A stretch of 64,000 nucleotides of DNA from a bacterium (lineage in GTDB: Bacteria > SAR324 > JACQKK01), in assembly GCA_965240465.1 (NCBI GenBank), contig OZ251219.1, positions 1,312,001 to 1,376,000 of the forward strand. The letters are read 5' to 3'. Within the stretch, counting starts at the first letter, position 1. Every line of letters begins with the position of its first letter. Under the pieces are notes generated by a model. That model saw nothing but the letters and a program-made list of their open reading frames with translations. It was not told the origin of the DNA and did not search any database. This document shows positions 58,491-64,000 of the stretch, piece by piece. The translations under genes were made by a program, and so were the position numbers.

Positions 58491-58550
58491 TTGCTTCCGT
58501 ACCCTACCACTTCTTGCGATTGACTTAGATACGTCATAGCTAGCCAGCAG

Positions 58551-59375
58551 CTAGTATACTCCTGTGGTAGCACCGCCATCCACCGCGACGGCTACCCCTT
58601 GGATGTGGCTAGCCTCAGGAGAGCAAAGAAACAACGCCAGTGAAGCGATGTCCTCAGTACTGCCTAGTCGCTTTAGGTTGTTTTTAGCCATGATTTTGTC
58701 GCGTATTTCCGAGGGTTTCACGTTGTGTATTTTGGCTTTGGCACGAAAAACGTCCCAGATGCGTTTAGTTTCTATCAGTCCAGGATGAATGACATTAACT
58801 AGTACGCCATCACGCTTGCCCCGCCCCGCCAAGCCCTTGGAGAAGTTCGCAAAAGCTGCGTTTATAGCACCACCGATTAAGAATTCAGGATCTGGAGTAC
58901 GGGCAATGCTCCCAATGATGTTTAGAATATTACCCTGAGATTTGCTTAAATCCCGCCACAACAGACGACACAAACGAACAGCCGTATGGAATTTAAGGGC
59001 GAAGCCATCTTGCCAGACATGATCTTCTTGCTTCAAAAAGTCCCCAGGCTGGGAATCCCCAGCTGAATTCACCAATATATCGCAACGACCAAAATTCTTG
59101 AGGGTACTGGCTACCAGAGAGGTACAGCTTTGGGGGTCACGCAGGTCGGCTGCATGCCATAGTACATTAGCTTGAGTTTGCTGTCTTATTTCTTCTGCGG
59201 CATGTCGCAGATTTTTCTCAGAAGAGGCTGCCAGCATTAGGTTAGCTCCTTCTTTGGCAAAGCGTAAGCCGATGCCCTGCCCTATCCCGCGACTGCCGCC
59301 GGTAATCACAGCGATCTTGCCTGCCAACAAGCCCGACTTTTGGGGAACGGAATATTTCTCTTGGTTGCTAGACAT
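58551..59375 (-). CDS. Short-chain dehydrogenase/reductase (atypical active site)
   Basis: TGGSRGIG, DILVNSAG, VIHPG, VDGG; YxxxK replaced by GGAIN. Confidence 0.9.
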   Translation of the reverse strand: MSSNQEKYSVPQKSGLLAGKIAVITGGSRGIGQGIGLRFAKEGANLMLAASSEKNLRHAAEEIRQQTQANVLWHAADLRDPQSCTSLVASTLKNFGRCDILVNSAGDSQPGDFLKQEDHVWQDGFALKFHTAVRLCRLLWRDLSKSQGNILNIIGSIARTPDPEFLIGGAINAAFANFSKGLAGRGKRDGVLVNVIHPGLIETKRIWDVFRAKAKIHNVKPSEIRDKIMAKNNLKRLGSTEDIASLALFLCSPEASHIQGVAVAVDGGATTGVY

Positions 59376-59402
59376 TCTATGAAAGACTATCCGAAAAATT
59401 GG

Positions 59403-60620
59403 CTAAAGCCCAGCCTTGGCATCAAGTGTTTGAACGCTTATTTTACGAGTCTTAAAGACTTTTCCTCCCTTAGTGTATTCAATCAAAACTGGAGTCCGAT
59501 TGCCGTCCCGACATTGTGGGGTAGCCGCGGCACAAAAGCTGATGCTACCCGCAGAAGCTCCTTGATAATTCTTAATTTCAGCGAGGGCATTACGAATAGC
59601 ACGACGATCAGAAGTCAGATTACGGTAGCCTCCTTGGAGTTGAGTACTTTCTAGTGCTTGCTCCACGATTTTTATCAAATCCCAAGTTTGTGCAAGTCCT
59701 TGCTCTGGTGATATTTTGTATTCCTTTTGGACTACCTTAATGAAATTGCGAACTTTTTTGCTCTTATTTTTAATAGAGAACGAAGACGCATAATACGCTC
59801 CCCGAATAGATTGCTTTGCCAATACATGGACTTCTTGCTGAGAAGCCACCGCATTAAACACACGGCGAACCCTCTTAGAAATACCCACCTCATAAGATTG
59901 CAGTAGAATGTCAGCAATTTGTTGTTCTGAGGCAGAAATAATCAATGCATTTGCCCGGGCATTTTTTATTTTCAGCAACTCGGCACGGAAATCAATCGCT
60001 TTGCTATCAACTTGAGCCGTGACTGCAGGGTCCACTTTATAGGTTGCTTTCATGTAATTGATCGTGTCTTGAGCAAATCTCTTTCCCACAGAATCCCTAG
60101 AGTAAATATAAGCCACCTTTTTGCCGATTTTCTTAGCCACATAATCAGCCTGAGCAACCTTGTAAAAACGACTAGAAACAGGTACCCGAAAAATCCAATA
60201 ACTGCCCAATTTGGTGATTCTAGCATCCGTGGATTCTGCAGTAATCTGGGGAGTTTTTCTTTTATCAGTCACTCTCACTATTGGCAGGGTTACCGAAGAA
60301 CAAGATGACCCGATCAACAAGTGTACCTTATCTTGCTCAATTAATTGACGGGCATTGCTGACTCCCTTAGAGGGATTGCATTTGTCATTTAGCAGAATAA
60401 ACTCAATTTTCCTCCCCTGTATGCCACCCCTCTTATTGATAGCAACCACCTCGGATTTAATCATTTCTCCCTGCTTGAAGTCAATATCAGATGCTATCCG
60501 CAGGGTAGCTCCGATCCGAATAGGATCTCCTGGGGCCGCGATTGCGGTCGCCGTGCAACAAACAGATGTTGCCACGCTACTAGCAATCAACATTTTCCTT
60601 AATACATTGCTCAATACCAT
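59403..60620 (-). CDS. ABC transporter substrate-binding protein, branched-chain amino acid (LivJ-like) family
   Basis: Signal peptide, PIRIG, INKRGGIQGRKIE, DKCNP, IGSSCSSVT. Confidence 0.88.
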   Translation of the reverse strand: MVLSNVLRKMLIASSVATSVCCTATAIAAPGDPIRIGATLRIASDIDFKQGEMIKSEVVAINKRGGIQGRKIEFILLNDKCNPSKGVSNARQLIEQDKVHLLIGSSCSSVTLPIVRVTDKRKTPQITAESTDARITKLGSYWIFRVPVSSRFYKVAQADYVAKKIGKKVAYIYSRDSVGKRFAQDTINYMKATYKVDPAVTAQVDSKAIDFRAELLKIKNARANALIISASEQQIADILLQSYEVGISKRVRRVFNAVASQQEVHVLAKQSIRGAYYASSFSIKNKSKKVRNFIKVVQKEYKISPEQGLAQTWDLIKIVEQALESTQLQGGYRNLTSDRRAIRNALAEIKNYQGASAGSISFCAAATPQCRDGNRTPVLIEYTKGGKVFKTRKISVQTLDAKAGL

Positions 60621-60828
60621 AATTAACCTCCTAATGAAAAACTACAAATCTACATTCCTGATAACCAGTTAACTCCCTAAAATATTTGCAAAAAAGCATG
60701 CATATCTAGTGAGAATTACATAATCACGCTCGGCACCATAACATCATTGACATGCCATCACCGTTGATGTGTTGCATATTGGGTAGAAATTAGCAAGTCA
60801 TTTTAAGAGTAATGTTCCACAGCAGGGT

Positions 60829-61362
60829 TTAGGAATCGGCATCTTGGAAGATGCGGCTACCTACAGGGTCTTTTTGATGTTGGTACTTACCTTGATAAGG
60901 GTTTTTAGTGGGTTTATCCATGCGTGCAAATACGAGCTGACAAATACGGCGTCCAGATATAAGGTTGATAGGCTGGCGGTTGGCGTTGAATAGTTCCAAG
61001 GTTAGTTCACCATTGAAGCCAGGGTCTACCCAGCCTGCGTTTTGTACGAACAATCCAATACGTCCAATGGAGCTTCGTCCTTCTACAAAGGCGGTAATAT
61101 TGTGAGGGAGATTTATGCTTTCCATGGTAGTAGCCAGCATAAAAGAGTGTGGTGGGATAACAATCTGCTCGTTCTGAACGGTGGTATATTCAATCGGTTT
61201 ATTGAGGGAGATAACGGCTTGGTTGTCTTCATTGACTTTTAGGAAGGTTGTTCCCAGACGCAAGTCCACCGATGCTGGCTGGATGCAGTGATCTGAAAGG
61301 GGTTTAATTTCCAGCTCACCTGTTTCGAGCAACTCACGGATGGTGCTGTCAGAGAGTATCAT
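60829..61362 (-). CDS. dcd: dCTP deaminase
   Basis: [42 protein letters not shown]. Confidence 0.96.
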   Translation of the reverse strand: MILSDSTIRELLETGELEIKPLSDHCIQPASVDLRLGTTFLKVNEDNQAVISLNKPIEYTTVQNEQIVIPPHSFMLATTMESINLPHNITAFVEGRSSIGRIGLFVQNAGWVDPGFNGELTLELFNANRQPINLISGRRICQLVFARMDKPTKNPYQGKYQHQKDPVGSRIFQDADS

Positions 61363-61442
61363 CAGCGGGATTGCTTTGGGGGTATGGGGGGGGGTATAGG
61401 GGGGTGGGGGGTGGATAAGATTGAGAATTGCGTTAGGTAGAG

Positions 61443-61847
61443 TCAGGGCTTTTTTTCAAGTATTTCCTGTTGTTCCTTGCATCTGATGCACAGGGTAGTT
61501 ACGGGACGTGCCATCAGACGTGGTAGTTCAATCAGTTCACCGCAGGTTTCGCAGTTGCCGAAAGTATTGTCATCTATTCTTTGGATGGCTTCTTGTACTT
61601 TCATGCTTAATTTTCGCTGGCGATCACGAATTCGCAGATTAAGATTCCGTCCCGACTCCATGTTAGCCCGATCAGTTGGGTCTGGGAAGGTGGCAGAGGG
61701 CTTACGCATACCACTGATTTCCATCCGAGCATCTTCTTCAATTTCTTGCAAGGTGTTTTCCAGTTGCGAACGAAGATTTTGCAAAGTTTTTTTCTTAAAG
61801 GAGGTAGGTGCCATAAGAGAAGTAAAAATTGGTTTAGGATAGGTCAT
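61443..61847 (-). CDS. dksA: RNA polymerase-binding protein DksA
   Basis: [33 protein letters not shown] zinc finger. Confidence 0.93.
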   Translation of the reverse strand: MTYPKPIFTSLMAPTSFKKKTLQNLRSQLENTLQEIEEDARMEISGMRKPSATFPDPTDRANMESGRNLNLRIRDRQRKLSMKVQEAIQRIDDNTFGNCETCGELIELPRLMARPVTTLCIRCKEQQEILEKKP

Positions 61848-61959
61848 TCTGTTTGTCCTATAACCTGCTATTTAATACCTATAGCATGCATGATTTCAAA
61901 TTCTCAAATTAAACAGAATAGCACTTATTCTAGTGAATTAGTTCTTGAAGAGCGAGCCC

Positions 61960-61993
61960 AAAAAAAGGGAAACCGAAAATTACGGTCTCCCTA
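61960..61993 (-). terminator. Intrinsic terminator downstream of hup
   Basis: Minus strand AGGGAGACCG-taattt-TCGGTTTCCCT followed by a T run. Confidence 0.75.
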
Positions 61994-62111
61994 AATATTA
62001 GCCATTTTCAAGCCGTACCCGCCTTCAGTTTTAACCTTGGAACAAGTTTTTCTCGTTTGGCATGCTACTAAATGTAGGACTAAACTGGCACGCTTGAAAA
62101 ATACTTGAAAA

Positions 62112-62384
62112 CTAATTAACAGCTTCCTTCAGTTTCTTACCAGCCTTAAAGCGTGGGGATTTAGAAGCTGGGATGTTAATCACAGCCCCTGTCTGAGGGT
62201 TCCGTCCTTTGCGAGCAACACGGTTAGTGACCGAGAACGTTCCAAAACCAACCAAGGTGACAGTATCGCCTTTGGTAAGTCTTTTAGAAATGTTACTAAT
62301 TGCACTCTCCAAAGCCCCAGCAGCCTGGGTTTTAGTTATTTTTGCGTCTTTAGCAATGGCATCAATTAATTCTGTTTTAGTCAT
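62112..62384 (-). CDS. hup: DNA-binding protein HU
   Basis: MTKTELIDAIA, LVGFGTF, RKGRNPQTG, FKAGKKLKEAV; AAGGA SD before ATG 62384. Confidence 0.96.
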   Translation of the reverse strand: MTKTELIDAIAKDAKITKTQAAGALESAISNISKRLTKGDTVTLVGFGTFSVTNRVARKGRNPQTGAVINIPASKSPRFKAGKKLKEAVN

Positions 62385-62674
62385 GGGATATTCCTTTTTG
62401 GTATCAGACAATATAATAGCACCCAAGGCACCATAGTATTTTTTAGTGACACATTGAATACAAAAAAACCTAGAAATTAAATCTAAAAGAAAAACAAATA
62501 AGTCTGTCCTCTTCCGATTGGAGTCACGCTACCAACATTATCTGGTGTTTGCAAAAAAAAAGTTAAAAAAATACTCTTTTTATGGAGAAAATTTAATAAA
62601 TATCTGTTTGTCGTTAATATAACAGCATTTCTTACAAGATTAAAACCAAAGAACTAGCTGTTCACCAAGTGGTT

Positions 62675-63535
62675 CTAAGTAGCCTTAATTGCCGAAATTA
62701 CCCGTACCCGTCCATTTAAGTCTTGGTGAGAGACACAAGAAAATCTTGCTTGTTCTAGCAATTCACAAACAACCTGCTCTTGATTAGGAGCAATCTCCAG
62801 CAATAACTTGGCACCAACCTCTAAACGAGAAGCCCCCTCTTTAATAAGAAGACGATGATATTTCAATCCATCCTGACCTCCGTCCAGAGCCAAAGACGGA
62901 TCATGTTGTACTTCTGGCATCAGCTGAGAAAGCTCATCCGTGGGAATGTAGGGCGGATTGCTAACAATCAAGGAAATACATGCCCGAGGAGCAACTGCCT
63001 GAAAGCCATCCCCCCGAAACAACAACAGCCGATTGCCCCGCGGCTCTAGTAGCTCACTGTGGTATTGCCTGTTCAAACAAGCCAATTGCAAGGCCTCGGC
63101 ACTGAACTCGGTGGCTAACCAACACAAATTACGACACTCAGCACAAACCGCCAAACCTATCGCCGCAGTCCCCGCACCAAACTCCAACACTAAACCAGGG
63201 AGGCTAGCACGGATAACTTGCTCTACCAGGATCTCAGTCTCAGGACGAGGCACTAATGCACCCGCCCCAGTACTCAATTCTAGTCCCCAAAAATGGGCAG
63301 AACCCAAAATATGTGCCAAAGGACGACGCTTCCCACGCTGACGTGCCAACTCACGACAAGCACTGAGCTCGGTCTCTACTAATGGCTGGTCTAATCGCAA
63401 GTATAACTCCAAACGAGGACACCCCAATACATGTGCCAGCATCAACTCTGCTTCCAAACGAGCAGAATCCACCTCCCGACCAGCTAACCAACCACTCAAA
63501 CGACTTAGCAATTCCCCCGCAGTCAATAACGGCAT
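62675..63535 (-). CDS. prmC: Release factor glutamine methyltransferase
   Basis: ARLEAELMLAHVL, LVPRPETE, VSNPPYI, ALDGGQDGL. Confidence 0.95.
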   Translation of the reverse strand: MPLLTAGELLSRLSGWLAGREVDSARLEAELMLAHVLGCPRLELYLRLDQPLVETELSACRELARQRGKRRPLAHILGSAHFWGLELSTGAGALVPRPETEILVEQVIRASLPGLVLEFGAGTAAIGLAVCAECRNLCWLATEFSAEALQLACLNRQYHSELLEPRGNRLLLFRGDGFQAVAPRACISLIVSNPPYIPTDELSQLMPEVQHDPSLALDGGQDGLKYHRLLIKEGASRLEVGAKLLLEIAPNQEQVVCELLEQARFSCVSHQDLNGRVRVISAIKAT

Positions 63536-63621
63536 CTATACAACTTTAATCAGCCAGACATCTCAAATAACGGGTCGCACCAACACAACTGAAAGGCATA
63601 ACATCTATCCTCACAGCAACT

Positions 63622-63879
63622 CTAAAGAAAATTCTGCACCGCCTGTATGAGAAATCTTTCTATCAGCTGGATGGTAAAAAGAGCCGCAATCGGAGCTAGA
63701 TCAAGCCCTCCTATAGCAGGAATAAAACGGAACGGTTCCAGCAATAGCAATGCCAGTCTGTGAACCAAACGAAATCCTTTTTGATGAGGGTCATGCGGCA
63801 CCCATGATAGTACCACATGGGCGATAATCACAATGGATAAGGCTTTAGCAGCAATATCAATGATGTCAATAATAAGCAT
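63622..63879 (-). CDS. yggT: YggT family membrane protein
   Basis: VLSWV, LLEPFR, GGLDLAPI. Confidence 0.9.
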   Translation of the reverse strand: MLIIDIIDIAAKALSIVIIAHVVLSWVPHDPHQKGFRLVHRLALLLLEPFRFIPAIGGLDLAPIAALFTIQLIERFLIQAVQNFL

Positions 63880-64000
63880 TATATCTTTCTATGACCAAAA
63901 ATAGCCGACCCTACGCGGACAATGGTACTACCCTCAGCAATAGCCCACTCAAAGTCGCCCGACATCCCCATGGAGAGATGGCAACATTGGTGAGGCTGGG
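63879..64000 (-). CDS. yggS: PLP homeostasis protein YggS, 3' end only (not in the ORF track)
   Basis: Manual translation gives [32 protein letters not shown]; its TAA overlaps the yggT ATG. Confidence 0.92.
   Translation of the reverse strand, partial: QPHQCCHLSMGMSGDFEWAIAEGSTIVRVGSAIFGHRKI

Overview
Bacterial chromosomal window, probably from a host-associated delta-proteobacterial or SAR324-like lineage. That assignment is inferred from gene content (dksA, scpA, rbgA, gor, alternative complex III, and many TPR/RCC1/calcium-binding repeat proteins) and is not verified. A housekeeping backbone (nadE, glnA, purB, coaE, gor, scpA, folP, rbgA, gltX, actABCDEF, glk, dcd, dksA, hup, prmC, yggT, yggS, tRNA-Pro, tRNA-Val) is interrupted by three tandem gene expansions. 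(1) A duplicated TPR-TPR unit; one copy carries a methyltransferase/Mrr-like fusion between ~50-bp direct repeats, and the other copy has the empty site. (2) A Panacea antitoxin plus membrane-protein pair, followed by five diversified PD-(D/E)xK nuclease paralogs and two membrane proteins that carry the nuclease N-terminal 16 codons. This is the best candidate for an undescribed defence or toxin system. (3) Five mosaic surface lipoproteins with variable-length Asp/Cys-rich stalks and GLUG-type heads. Each expansion carries fragments of a neighbouring housekeeping gene. Short tandem repeats are pervasive, also inside core genes. There is a candidate tandem-hairpin/pseudoknot RNA at ~16.6 kb. 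By eye, G/T versus C/A strand skew follows a kilobase-scale sawtooth. No CRISPR array, transposase, integrase or reverse transcriptase was recognised. All family assignments come from motif recognition, not from database searches.
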